Assembly: GCA_038746835.1 (NCBI GenBank)
Contig: JBCDKH010000002.1
Location: 1,624-65,623 of the forward strand
Length of the DNA stretch: 64,000 bases
From: Planctomycetota bacterium
GTDB taxonomy: Bacteria > Planctomycetota > Phycisphaerae > Tepidisphaerales > Tepidisphaeraceae
Direction: 5' to 3'
Part shown: positions 27,235 through 36,349 of the stretch, piece after piece
How the letters are laid out: every line of letters starts with the position of its first letter
Position numbering within the stretch: position 1 is the stretch's first letter
Made by a program: the position numbers and the translations under genes
Notes under the pieces: model-generated
Seen by the model: only the letters and a program-made list of their open reading frames with translations
The model's database searches: none
Told to the model about the DNA's origin: nothing

Positions 27235-27429
27235 ATCGGAACGGAAAACCGTCAGCGACACCGTCCCGGCTGCAACAACCGCAACGCTCAGCATCGTCCA
27301 GATCGCGAGGTTGAACCCCGCCGCCTGCTCCTGAGCAGCAACGGCTTGGGCGTCCGTCGGCGTCGCGACCGAGTCCCGGCACGTCGGGCACGCCGACGCC
27401 GAACCGGCCATCACCAGCACCGTGATCAC
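27199..27429 (-). CDS. Small CxxC membrane protein candidate downstream of DUF420 (weak call)
   Basis: This is the tail of ORF 27199..27858. GTG 27429 overlaps the DUF420 stop (GTGA), or ATG 27411 could be used. Sequence MAGSASACPTCRDS.. is followed by one TM (FNLAIWTMLSVAVVAAGTVSLTVF). The last ~12 codons run into repeat copy 3. Confidence 0.35.
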   Translation of the reverse strand: MITVLVMAGSASACPTCRDSVATPTDAQAVAAQEQAAGFNLAIWTMLSVAVVAAGTVSLTVFRSDPSSRAQPRDHV

Positions 27430-27893
27430 GCAGCCGGCAAGGCGGGCAAGACGACCATCGCGGGCAGAGCGTGGTAGAGCAGGACGTAGATCATCACGCC
27501 CGTCACGCTCACGTAGAGCCAAATCCAATAAGCCGGCCGGCTGTAGACCTTGTGGCGTTCCCATCGCTTTTTGTAAATCTGCCACAGCGCCGCGGCGATC
27601 AGCGGCAGCATGACGATCGCGGCGATCACGTGCACCGCCAGGAAGATCCAGTAGCTGTACTTCACCCACGCCGGCAGCTCGCCGATGACGTCGAGACTCC
27701 GGCTGCCGTAGGTTGCGTTGCTGTAGAGATAACATGCCAAAAACGCGGAAGAAACGACCAAAGCCGCGCCGATCAGGTAGCCGTGCCGACGCCAGTTCTT
27801 GCGGCGGATCTGCACGTAGGCCGCGATCAGCAGAACCGTGCTGACGGCGTTGAGGCACGAGTTCAACAGCGCGAAAAACTCCTTGCCGTCCAC
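27426..27893 (-). CDS. DUF420-family membrane protein (SCO1/cytochrome-oxidase assembly context)
   Basis: Last 155 codons of ORF 27426..28307. GTG 27893 has GGGAGGG ~8 nt upstream and lies 2 nt after the SCO1 stop. Four TM segments. ..FFALLNSCLNAVSTVLLIAAYVQIRRKNWRRH.. fits the DUF420 pattern. Confidence 0.75.
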   Translation of the reverse strand: MDGKEFFALLNSCLNAVSTVLLIAAYVQIRRKNWRRHGYLIGAALVVSSAFLACYLYSNATYGSRSLDVIGELPAWVKYSYWIFLAVHVIAAIVMLPLIAAALWQIYKKRWERHKVYSRPAYWIWLYVSVTGVMIYVLLYHALPAMVVLPALPAA

Positions 27894-27895
27894 AG

Positions 27896-28525
27896 CTACC
27901 GCCCTCCCGCGGCCACGAGCCGGCGGGCGTCGGCGGCGAGCTCGGTCATGGCCAACGGATTCGAATTGCCGTACACGCCACGCACCACGCCGTCCGCGTC
28001 GATCAGCAGAAACTGCGTCGAATGCCCCCAATCTTCCCCGACGGCCAGGCGATTCTGACGCGCGAACTCCGACATGCCCTCTCGCGTCCCTCCCGTCAGC
28101 AGGTGCCATCGATCGCCCGGCTGATCGCCTGTAACAGCCTCTACGAACTGGCTCATCGACTCGGCCGTGTCGCGATCCGGATCGACGCTGAAGCTCACGA
28201 ACTGGACCTCTTCGTCGGGGATGGCCGACTGCAGGTCGTTCATCTTGTCGACCATCACCGGGCACGCACCCGTCGGGCAATTGACCAGGAAGATGAAGCC
28301 GACCCACGGCTTACCATCCACGTTTTCACTGGAAAACGGCTCATCTCGATGGCTCACGAGGTCGAACTCGGCGAACTCGAAGAGCCGCGGAAGCTCGTCG
28401 GACGGTGCAACGGCGGGTGCTTCGGGCTCGCTGTCTCCCGTGAGCGTCGTCGCAGCGACGTACCCGCCGATGCACGCGACGGCCAGGGCCCACATGCCGA
28501 CCATGAGGATGCGTGAAGGCTTCAC
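27896..28525 (-). CDS. SCO1/SenC-family copper chaperone (thioredoxin fold)
   Basis: 209-aa ORF with an N-terminal TM. Motifs ..KPWVGFIFLVNCPTGACPVM.., ..VQFVSFSVDPDRDT.. and ..HSTQFLLIDADGVVRGVY. The Cys pair is spaced CxxxxC. Confidence 0.8.
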   Translation of the reverse strand: MKPSRILMVGMWALAVACIGGYVAATTLTGDSEPEAPAVAPSDELPRLFEFAEFDLVSHRDEPFSSENVDGKPWVGFIFLVNCPTGACPVMVDKMNDLQSAIPDEEVQFVSFSVDPDRDTAESMSQFVEAVTGDQPGDRWHLLTGGTREGMSEFARQNRLAVGEDWGHSTQFLLIDADGVVRGVYGNSNPLAMTELAADARRLVAAGGR

Positions 28526-29374
28526 TTATGACTCTACGTCTGCACGCACGGGGCGGTTGGCGACCACGCACGCTGCGGCAAAGAGCCCCACGGCCGTCAC
28601 CAGCGTCACCAGCCCGCAGACCCACAGCGGCGCGACCGCCTCGCCACCCAGGCCGGACCGCAGACCCGACAGGCCGTAGGACAGCGGATTCGCCTGGGCG
28701 ATCCAGCGGATCGGAGCGAAACCGACCGAATTCAAGGGAAACACTGCACCCGAGAGGAACCAGAGCGGCATCAGCAGCAGGTTCATCGCGACGTGATACC
28801 CCTGTGTGCTCGTCATCGGCCAAGCCAGCATCATGCCCAGGGCGACCAGCGCGAAGCTCAGCCCGACGCAGAATCCGGCAGCGATGATGAAACCCGTGAA
28901 CGTCAGCTCGATCCCTGCCAGCGGCGCGACGAGCAGCAGCAGAATCGCCTGGGCCGAGGCGAGCGACGCTCCGCCCAACGTCTTGCCCAGCACCACGCCC
29001 CAGCGTGGGACGGGCGCGGCAAGCACGCCTTGCATGAAGCCCTCGCGCCGGTCCTCAATGAGCGTGATGGTCGCGAAGATCGCCGTGAACAGGACGATCA
29101 TCAGCAACATTCCCGGGAAAAAGTACTCCAAGTAGGGCTCGCCGGTGGGCCCGGTGAAGCTGCTCCCCATCCCGCCGCCGAGGAGCAGCCAGAAGAGCAC
29201 GGGCGTCAGGATCGCCCCGACGACGCGGTTCCGCTGACGCAGGAACCGCACCCACTCGCGCTGTGCGAGCGCGACGGCCGGACCAGCGACGCCGGATGTT
29301 GCAGCTTTTCCCTCAATTTCAGCCGCTTCTGCAGGCCGGCTGGCGAGCGGGATGGCGTTGGCGGCCGAGTCCAA
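28526..29374 (-). CDS. ABC-2-type transporter permease
   Basis: Within ORF 28526..29467. Motifs ..REWVRFLRQRNRVVGAILTPVLFWLLLGGG.. and ..IEDRREGFMQGVLAAPVPRWGVVLGKTLGG.., with six hydrophobic segments. The start is uncertain: TTG 29374 was chosen because 29467 would overlap the upstream gene. Confidence 0.75.
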   Translation of the reverse strand: MDSAANAIPLASRPAEAAEIEGKAATSGVAGPAVALAQREWVRFLRQRNRVVGAILTPVLFWLLLGGGMGSSFTGPTGEPYLEYFFPGMLLMIVLFTAIFATITLIEDRREGFMQGVLAAPVPRWGVVLGKTLGGASLASAQAILLLLVAPLAGIELTFTGFIIAAGFCVGLSFALVALGMMLAWPMTSTQGYHVAMNLLLMPLWFLSGAVFPLNSVGFAPIRWIAQANPLSYGLSGLRSGLGGEAVAPLWVCGLVTLVTAVGLFAAACVVANRPVRADVES

Positions 29375-29403
29375 GGTCGTCGGAAGGTAGCAGGTGCGGC
29401 GGC

Positions 29404-30471
29404 TCAGGGGACGGCGGGGACGACGTCGATGTAGACCGGCACGTGGTCGCTGGCGACGCGGACCCACGTGTTGTCGAAGACATCCGTGTTTTTCACCAGT
29501 TTCGCGCCCGCCTGATCGGCGACGATGTGATCGATGAAGGAGCGGAACCGGTCACGCCAGTAGCCGCTGTAGGTGATGACGCCCTGCATAGCGAGGTCCC
29601 GCGTGACGATGACGAAGTCGTCGGCCGCGTCCCGATTGTGCAGGCCGGCTAAGGCCGCCATGACGTCGCCGCCCGCCGGCAGCTCGTACTCCTGGAAGCC
29701 GATCTCGTCGTTCATGTCGCCCAGCAGGAAGACCGGTGCCTCCTTCGCAAGCTCGACCATCAACGCATGCGTCATCGTCGCCTCCGCCATCCGCCACTGC
29801 GTGACCTCTATGCTGTTGCCCCCCTTGGACTTCTGGTGCGTCGTGCCCACCCAGAACCGATCGCCGTCGGGCGTCTCGACCAGCACGAAGGCCGGTCCGC
29901 GACCGAAGAGGCGATCGCTCCGCGGGTTGAGGTCCCGCGTGTCCGGGACGAGATGCAAATCGTTGTTGGTCTTAATGATGCGGAAGCCGTCACGCATCAG
30001 AAGCTGCAGCATCTGCCCCCGGCCGCTGTTGCCAGGGAAGACGACGCGTGTCGGATACGTCTGGCCGACCTCTTCCCACTCCTGGGCGAAGTGGTCCAGC
30101 TCCTCCTGGCTGCACCCTTCCTGCGTCAGAAGAATGTCCGGAGCAAAGTCCGGATCGAGCAGCACGACGGCCACTTCCCAGTTGTCCTCCATGTTCTGAA
30201 ACCGCTCCTGCCGACGCTGCTCGCGGCCTTCCTCCGTCGCCGGCTCCGGTAAGTCCTTGTCCCTAAACGCCTGGAAGTGATCGTTCCAGTTCTCGATGTT
30301 CCACGTGGCGATGCGGATCGTGCCCTCGGCAGGAGGACCGGCCGTGACCGCAGAGGTGACGAACAGACTGAGGAGCGTGACGAGGAGGGTTCGCACGGCC
30401 GACTCTATTGCCCACGCCGGCGGTTCGTCCGATGATGCCCCGATGCCTTCGCGACTCGCCGCCGTTGTCAT
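29404..30471 (-). CDS. Secreted endonuclease/exonuclease/phosphatase (EEP)-family hydrolase
   Basis: Within ORF 29404..30840. ATG 30471 or GTG 30396 is preferred, because the longer N-terminus overlaps the divergent gene. Signal-like VRTLLVTLLSLFVTSAVTAGP. Motifs IATWNIENW, ..LLGDMNDE.. and ..SDHVPVYIDV. Confidence 0.8.
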   Translation of the reverse strand: MTTAASREGIGASSDEPPAWAIESAVRTLLVTLLSLFVTSAVTAGPPAEGTIRIATWNIENWNDHFQAFRDKDLPEPATEEGREQRRQERFQNMEDNWEVAVVLLDPDFAPDILLTQEGCSQEELDHFAQEWEEVGQTYPTRVVFPGNSGRGQMLQLLMRDGFRIIKTNNDLHLVPDTRDLNPRSDRLFGRGPAFVLVETPDGDRFWVGTTHQKSKGGNSIEVTQWRMAEATMTHALMVELAKEAPVFLLGDMNDEIGFQEYELPAGGDVMAALAGLHNRDAADDFVIVTRDLAMQGVITYSGYWRDRFRSFIDHIVADQAGAKLVKNTDVFDNTWVRVASDHVPVYIDVVPAVP

Positions 30472-31492
30472 GACCTTGCTGCTGGCCGCTCCCGTTGCGG
30501 CGTGGCAGGATCTTGTGGTGCACATCGACGACTTCGCCGACGGTACCGCGGCCGGGGTCGAGGCGGGCGACGTCGTCACCCTGGCCGGCGACGGCACGGG
30601 CGGTTTTCCCAGGCGTGGTGCTTGGACATCGCCAGTGACGGCCGCGGACCCGGCGGCGATCGAGATTCTCCCGAGTTGGTCCGTCCAAACACCGCCGGGA
30701 ACCGGAGTTCGTCTGGACCTTCGCGTGCGGCTCGCCGAGACGGATGAGTGGTCGCCCTGGTTGGACATGGGATACTGGGGCGAGGTCCCGCCGCCCGCGA
30801 CGGCCGAGTCTTTTGAAGGCGGCGACGTCTCGGTCGACATCCTCGAGCTCGACCGCCCCGCCGACGCGTGGCAGATTCGTGCGACGCTCGTCGCCTACGA
30901 CCTGTCGAGTTCGCCGACGCTCCAGCGGATCAGCGTCGCGCTCCGCGGCGGCGAACCACCCGTCGACCACGGCACCGCCGATTGGTCGGGCGATCTGGAC
31001 GTGCCCTTCCTCCACCAGGGCTCGGCCGGCGATCTGATCGGCGGGAGCATCTGCAGCCCGACGAGCGTTGCGATGGCCCTCGCTCACTTCGGCATCGATG
31101 TCGACCTCGTCACCCACGCGGCCGAGACCTACGACCGCGAGCACGGCATCTTCGGCAACTGGAACCGCGCCGTCGCCCGCGCCAACGAACTCGGGGCCGA
31201 GGCGCACCTCGAGTTCTTCGACGACTGGCAAAGCCTCGCCGACCACCTGAAGGCCGGCCGAGTCGTCGTTGCGAGCATCCGATTCAAGAAAGGCGAGGCC
31301 CCGAGTTTCGTGATGAACGCCACCGCCGGTCACCTGATCGTCCTCCGCGGCCTGACGCCCGACGGCAACGTCATCGTCAACGACGGGGCCCACGCTACGG
31401 AAGGCGAAAAGGCAATTTATAAGAAATCCGAAATGGAGAAAGCCTGGTTCGACAACGCCGGCGGGGTCGGATATGTGATTGGCGCGTCGTGA
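30443..31492 (+). CDS. Secreted peptidase C39-like (Peptidase_C39_2-type) protein with an N-terminal beta-rich domain
   Basis: Within ORF 30296..31492. ATG 30443 gives the signal peptide MPSRLAAVVMTLLLAAPVAAWQ. C-terminal motifs ..DVPFLHQGSAGDLIGGSICSPTSVAMALAHFG.. and ..GHLIVLRGLTPDGNVIVNDG... Confidence 0.7.
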   Translation: MPSRLAAVVMTLLLAAPVAAWQDLVVHIDDFADGTAAGVEAGDVVTLAGDGTGGFPRRGAWTSPVTAADPAAIEILPSWSVQTPPGTGVRLDLRVRLAETDEWSPWLDMGYWGEVPPPATAESFEGGDVSVDILELDRPADAWQIRATLVAYDLSSSPTLQRISVALRGGEPPVDHGTADWSGDLDVPFLHQGSAGDLIGGSICSPTSVAMALAHFGIDVDLVTHAAETYDREHGIFGNWNRAVARANELGAEAHLEFFDDWQSLADHLKAGRVVVASIRFKKGEAPSFVMNATAGHLIVLRGLTPDGNVIVNDGAHATEGEKAIYKKSEMEKAWFDNAGGVGYVIGAS

Positions 31493-31522
31493 GTCGCGTA
31501 AAGATCACACACCAATCTCTCA

Positions 31523-33004
31523 TCACGCCTCCGGGTTACCAAACAACAGCTCGATGAACGCCCGGTCGGCCGGGCGGAAGAAGACGTAGACGTGGTCATC
31601 TTCCTGCAAAACCGTACCGCCGCGGGCAGGGACGAGGCTTTCGTCGCGGACGATGAGGACGACCGAGGCGTCACCAGGGAACTCGAGTTCGGAGAGCTGT
31701 GCCCCCGCGACGGCGACTGAGGGTGCAATGTGGAACGACTCGATATCGCCGTCGAGTTGTTTTCGAGCGTTGATCTCCAGAATGGCCGACGGAGTGGGTT
31801 CGCCGGGGAGGTCGAGATTGAGTTTTCTCGTCACAAGGCGAATTGTCGCGCCGGGCACGAGACTGCTGACGACAACGACGAAGAAGACGAGATTGAAGAG
31901 CTGATCCGCCCCGTCCACGCCGGCCAGCACGGGGAAGGTCGCCAGGATGATCGGCACGGCTCCGCGCAGGCCCGTCCATCCGACGAAGAGCGTGTGCTTG
32001 AGCGAATAGCCCAGCGGCACCAGGCACGCCGCGACCGCCAGTGGCCGGGCCAGGAAGGCCAGCACGATGCCGACTCCAAGCCCCGCCCACGCGACGCCGG
32101 GCAGTTTGGAGGCGTCGACCAGCAGCCCGAGCATGAGAAACACGCCGACCTGGGCGAGCCACGCGAGCGCATCGTGCGTCCGCTGCAGGCCGTTGCGGTA
32201 AGCCAGCGGCCCGTTGCCGAGCACGAGCCCAGTCGCGAAAACCGCCAGAAAACCGCTGCCTTGGAGCAAAGTCGCCAGCCCGAAGGAAAGCAGTGCCGTC
32301 GCGAGCGTCAGCACCGGATAGAGGCCGACGGCACTGATCGGTGCACGCTGCAGCGTGGCCCGGCAGCCGTAGCCGATCGCCAAGCCGACGCCTGCACCGA
32401 TGACGAGCTGCATCGGCACCAGAAGCAGCAGCGACCACCCGAGCTGGTCGCCCGCCTGGATCGCGGCGATGAGGGCGGTCGTCAGGATGACGGCCATCGG
32501 GTCGTTGACGCACGACTCGACCTCGATTGTCGACCCGAGCTTCGGCTCGAGCCTCAAGCCCCCACCACGCAGCACGGCGAAGACCGCGGCTGCGTCGGTC
32601 GAGCTGACGACGGCCCCGAGCAGCACCGCCTCGGCCCAGCTCAGGCCGAAGAGCCGCCCGAACGCCGCCACCACGCCGGCGGTGAGCGCCACGCCGATGG
32701 TCGCCAGCAGCCCCGCGGGCACGACGACGCGCCGGACCGCGGCGGCCTTGGTGTTGAGCCCGCCGTCGAAGAGGATGAGGATGAGCGCGACGGTGCCGAC
32801 GCGCATCGCCAGGCCGTAGTCGTCGAACGCGATCCCGCCGACGATGTCGCTCCCGCCGAGCACGCCCAGCAGCAGGAAGAGCAACACGACCGGAATGCCC
32901 AGCCGATCGACGGCCCGGCTGAAGAGCACACTGAACGCGACCAGCACGCCGAGCACGCTGAGCAACAGCGCAGTCGTCGTCGGCTCGGTCAGTGCAAGCG
33001 GCAC
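31523..33004 (-). CDS. K+/H+ (cation:proton) antiporter, CPA1/NhaP2-like, with a C-terminal TrkA-C-like domain
   Basis: 493-aa ORF. About 12 TM segments (..GIPVVLLFLLLGVLGG.., ..ILFDGGLNT..) followed by a soluble ~90-aa tail. Confidence 0.85.
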   Translation of the reverse strand: MPLALTEPTTTALLLSVLGVLVAFSVLFSRAVDRLGIPVVLLFLLLGVLGGSDIVGGIAFDDYGLAMRVGTVALILILFDGGLNTKAAAVRRVVVPAGLLATIGVALTAGVVAAFGRLFGLSWAEAVLLGAVVSSTDAAAVFAVLRGGGLRLEPKLGSTIEVESCVNDPMAVILTTALIAAIQAGDQLGWSLLLLVPMQLVIGAGVGLAIGYGCRATLQRAPISAVGLYPVLTLATALLSFGLATLLQGSGFLAVFATGLVLGNGPLAYRNGLQRTHDALAWLAQVGVFLMLGLLVDASKLPGVAWAGLGVGIVLAFLARPLAVAACLVPLGYSLKHTLFVGWTGLRGAVPIILATFPVLAGVDGADQLFNLVFFVVVVSSLVPGATIRLVTRKLNLDLPGEPTPSAILEINARKQLDGDIESFHIAPSVAVAGAQLSELEFPGDASVVLIVRDESLVPARGGTVLQEDDHVYVFFRPADRAFIELLFGNPEA

Positions 33005-33015
33005 GGCGGGCCAGC

Positions 33016-33432
33016 CTAGCGATCGTCAGGCACGACGAGCTCGACGTCGGGGAAGTATGTGCTGAAGCGTGCGACGTCGCGCGTCAGCAGTCGCAACCCA
33101 TCGGCCTGAGCATGGCCGCCAATGTAGAAGTCGGCGACGGGGGAGGTGCGTGTGCCGCCACTTGCGCGGTGCTGTGCGAAGGCCTGTCCGGCGAACCAGC
33201 CTGACTCGGGAGGTATCGGTAGCATGAGCAGGCCCTCTGGCAGTGCCTGCTCGAGACTCCGGCGGTCATCGAATCCGTACGCGAACTCACCGAAAACGAT
33301 TGCGTTAATGGCGACTGCTCCGTCCTCTCGTGCCCTAACGACCGCCTCCAACGTCGTGTCGAACCAGGGAGAGTCCCGATGCTGCAGAGCGATCAGGATG
33401 TTGGTGTCGAGGAGTGTGCGAACTTCCGACAT
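33016..33432 (-). CDS. vapC: PIN-domain toxin (VapC-like)
   Basis: Within ORF 33016..33468; ATG 33432 lies 2 nt after the antitoxin stop. Motifs MSEVRTLLDTNILIAL.. and ..DFYIGGHAQADGLRLLTRD... Confidence 0.85.
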   Translation of the reverse strand: MSEVRTLLDTNILIALQHRDSPWFDTTLEAVVRAREDGAVAINAIVFGEFAYGFDDRRSLEQALPEGLLMLPIPPESGWFAGQAFAQHRASGGTRTSPVADFYIGGHAQADGLRLLTRDVARFSTYFPDVELVVPDDR

Positions 33433-33434
33433 GG

Positions 33435-33689
33435 TCAGCTTCTCGTCATTTCCGAGATCTCTTCCCAACTGCCCTTGAAGTTGCCTTGTCCTGCCATTTG
33501 CCGGACGAGCCGCTCGGCCGGTGTCAGCTCCGGATCATCGGGTGACTTCGACATCAACCAGTCCGCGAACTCCTCGGCGGTGCCGTGGCGGGGATGCCTC
33601 AGTCGCTCGTCCAGGCGATTGAGAAGTCCCCGCTGCTCGTCCCGCGGCAGCGCGTGGATGGCCTCCTCGATTTCGGCAACCGTCGACAT
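33435..33689 (-). CDS. Antitoxin candidate (addiction-module-component-like N-terminus)
   Basis: 84-aa ORF immediately upstream of vapC. MSTVAEIEEAIHALPRDEQRGLLNRLDERL resembles the putative addiction-module component family. Confidence 0.7.
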   Translation of the reverse strand: MSTVAEIEEAIHALPRDEQRGLLNRLDERLRHPRHGTAEEFADWLMSKSPDDPELTPAERLVRQMAGQGNFKGSWEEISEMTRS

Positions 33690-33739
33690 GCCTGCATCAT
33701 AACCGATCCCGCCGCCAACCGTCGCCGCTACGCTGCGTC

Positions 33740-36337
33740 GTGGCCGTGAAGGAGAAGAAGCTCAGCCCTGCCATGCGGCAGTATCAGGACTTTAAAGACA
33801 AGCATCCTGGCTACGTGCTCTTCTTCCGAATGGGCGACTTCTATGAGGTCTTCCACGACGACGCCAAGCTCTGCAGCCGGACGCTCGGCATCACGCTCAC
33901 CGCCCGGCAGGACAAGGTGCCGATGGCGGGCGTGCCATATCACCAGCTCGACAACTACCTCAAGCGGATGATCGTCGCCGGGCACCGCGTGGCGATTTGT
34001 GAGCAGGTCGAAGATGCCAAGCAAGCCAAGGGCCTCGTCAAGCGCGACGTCACGCGGCTGGTGACGCCGGGGACGCTGACCGACGAACCGATGCTCGACA
34101 GCAAGGCCGCGTCGTACCTGGCGGCGGTGGCGTTTGGCAGGAAGTCGTGCGGGATCGCCTGGGTCGATCTGTCGACCGGACGTCTCCTTGCCGCCAGCGG
34201 CAGCGAACGCGAGATGTTCGACGAAGCAGGCCGGCTCGCCCCGGCGGAAATGCTCGTGCCCGAGTCGTCCAACGGCGACGAACATCCCGCCGCCCGAGAG
34301 CTTCGTGGCCGAGGCGTCACGGGCGTGGTCGATCGGCCGGGCTGGCAGTTTTCCGAGAAGCACGGACTCGACGAGTTTCGCCGGTACTGGGGCGTTTCGA
34401 CGGCTGTCGGATACGGCTTTGCCGACGACGATCCGGCCGTCGCGGCGACGGGTGCGGTGCTGACGTACCTCGAAGAGACGCAGCGTGGCCGGGCCGAGCA
34501 CGTCCGTCCGCCGGTGCCGCACGAGGCGTCGCAGTACTTGCGGATCGATCCGTCGAGCTGGCGCAACCTGGAGGTCGACCGGACGCTGCGCGGCGGATCG
34601 ACCGAGGGCTCGCTGCTGGCGGCGGTCGATCGGACGCAGACGCCCATGGGCGGTCGGCTGTTGCGGGAGTGGCTGCGGTCACCACTGACAGATGTCGGAC
34701 AGATCGAATCGCGTCAAGATGCCGTAGCCGAGCTTCGTGCCAAGACGTCGAAGCTGACGGTGCTGCGCGAGCGACTGTCGAGCGTGTGCGACATCGAGCG
34801 GATCGTCGGCAGGCTGGCCGTGAGCCGGGCCGGGCCGCGGGATCTGGCGGCGTTGCGGGACTGCTTGTCTGGCGTGCCAGCGCTCCTGGAGTCGCTGTCG
34901 ACCGTCCCGGCCGCTGCGGGTGAGCTGCCATCGTTCGCTGACTTTGCGAAGGAGCAATCGGCTTTCTTAACCAAAGCGATCGCGCCCGAACCGCCGGCAA
35001 ACCTGCGGGACGGCAACGTCATCGCCAAGGGGTTCGACAAGCAGCTCGACGAGCTCCGCACCGTCGGCCGCGATGGTCGGCAGTGGCTGGCGGAGTACCA
35101 GGCCGAGCTGTGCGAACAGACCGGCATCCCGAGTCTCAAGATCGGCTACAACCGCGTCTTCGGCTACTACGTCGAAGTCACCAACGCCCACAAGGACAAG
35201 GCCCCCGACGCGTGGGCGCGTCGACAGAGCACCAAGAACGCCGAGCGGTTCGTGACCGAAAAGCTCAAGGAGTTTGAGACCAAAGCCGTCGGGGCCGAAG
35301 GCGAGGCGGCGGAGCTGGAGCAGGCGCTGTTCGAGCGCGTCCGCAACGACCTCTTGCCGCACGTCGGCATGTTCCAGTCGCTCGCCGCCTCGATGGCCCG
35401 GACCGATGTGCTGGCGGGGTTTGCGCAGCTGTCGTTGGAGCGGCACTACGCCCGGCCGACGGTGGACGACTCGCGCGTGCTGGAGCTCGACGACGCCCGG
35501 CATCCGGTGCTGGAGCAGTCGCTCGGCAGCGAGTTCGTCGCTAACCCGATTCGCCTTGCCGAGGCCGACACGCTGCGGCTGATCACCGGGCCGAACATGG
35601 CCGGCAAGAGCACGTTCATCCGGCAAGTCGCGCTGATCGTGTTGCTGGCCCAGGTCGGCAGCGACGTGCCGGCCAAGTCGGCGCGGATCGGCGTGTGCGA
35701 TCGGCTGTTCGTCCGCGTCGGTGCCAGCGATGAACTACACGCCGGCCGAAGCACGTTCATGGTCGAGATGATCGAGTCGGCCAATCTGCTCAACAACGCA
35801 ACGGATCGGAGCCTGGTCGTCCTGGACGAGGTCGGCCGGGGAACGAGCACGCTCGACGGCCTGAGCCTGGCGTGGGCGATCGCCGAGCACCTGGCGAAGG
35901 TCGTCGGCAGCCGGGCGCTGTTCGCGACGCACTATCACGAACTGGTGCGCTTGGCCGACGAGCTTCCCGGCACCGGGAATCTCTCGGCAAGCGTCCGCGA
36001 GTGGGACGGCAGCATCGTCTTCACCCACCGCATCGTCGACGGCCCAGCCAGCCAGAGCTACGGCATCCAGGTCGCCAAACTCGCCGGCGTGCCTCGCCCC
36101 GTCACCGAACGCGCGGGCGAATTGCTCCAACGCCTCAAGGTCAGCCACGGCGACGACCCCGAGCCACGAAGCGTCCCGGCCAACGGCGTCGACGTCGGCC
36201 AAATGTTCCTCTTCGGCGGGGTTCCGCCGGAAGCCGAAGCGGTTGTCGAACAGTTGCGCTCCGTCGACCTCGACGGCATCTCGCCGCGTGAGGCACACGA
36301 GCTGGTCACGCGTCTACGCGACCAGCTCGTGAGTTGA
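33740..36337 (+). CDS. mutS: DNA mismatch repair protein MutS
   Basis: 865-aa ORF with GTG start. Motifs ..LSPAMRQYQDFKDKHPGYVLFFRMGDFYEVFHDDA.., Walker A ITGPNMAGKSTFIRQ and ..DEVGRGTSTLDGLSLAWA... Confidence 0.97.
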   Translation: MAVKEKKLSPAMRQYQDFKDKHPGYVLFFRMGDFYEVFHDDAKLCSRTLGITLTARQDKVPMAGVPYHQLDNYLKRMIVAGHRVAICEQVEDAKQAKGLVKRDVTRLVTPGTLTDEPMLDSKAASYLAAVAFGRKSCGIAWVDLSTGRLLAASGSEREMFDEAGRLAPAEMLVPESSNGDEHPAARELRGRGVTGVVDRPGWQFSEKHGLDEFRRYWGVSTAVGYGFADDDPAVAATGAVLTYLEETQRGRAEHVRPPVPHEASQYLRIDPSSWRNLEVDRTLRGGSTEGSLLAAVDRTQTPMGGRLLREWLRSPLTDVGQIESRQDAVAELRAKTSKLTVLRERLSSVCDIERIVGRLAVSRAGPRDLAALRDCLSGVPALLESLSTVPAAAGELPSFADFAKEQSAFLTKAIAPEPPANLRDGNVIAKGFDKQLDELRTVGRDGRQWLAEYQAELCEQTGIPSLKIGYNRVFGYYVEVTNAHKDKAPDAWARRQSTKNAERFVTEKLKEFETKAVGAEGEAAELEQALFERVRNDLLPHVGMFQSLAASMARTDVLAGFAQLSLERHYARPTVDDSRVLELDDARHPVLEQSLGSEFVANPIRLAEADTLRLITGPNMAGKSTFIRQVALIVLLAQVGSDVPAKSARIGVCDRLFVRVGASDELHAGRSTFMVEMIESANLLNNATDRSLVVLDEVGRGTSTLDGLSLAWAIAEHLAKVVGSRALFATHYHELVRLADELPGTGNLSASVREWDGSIVFTHRIVDGPASQSYGIQVAKLAGVPRPVTERAGELLQRLKVSHGDDPEPRSVPANGVDVGQMFLFGGVPPEAEAVVEQLRSVDLDGISPREAHELVTRLRDQLVS

Positions 36338-36349
36338 CGGGCGAGGTCG

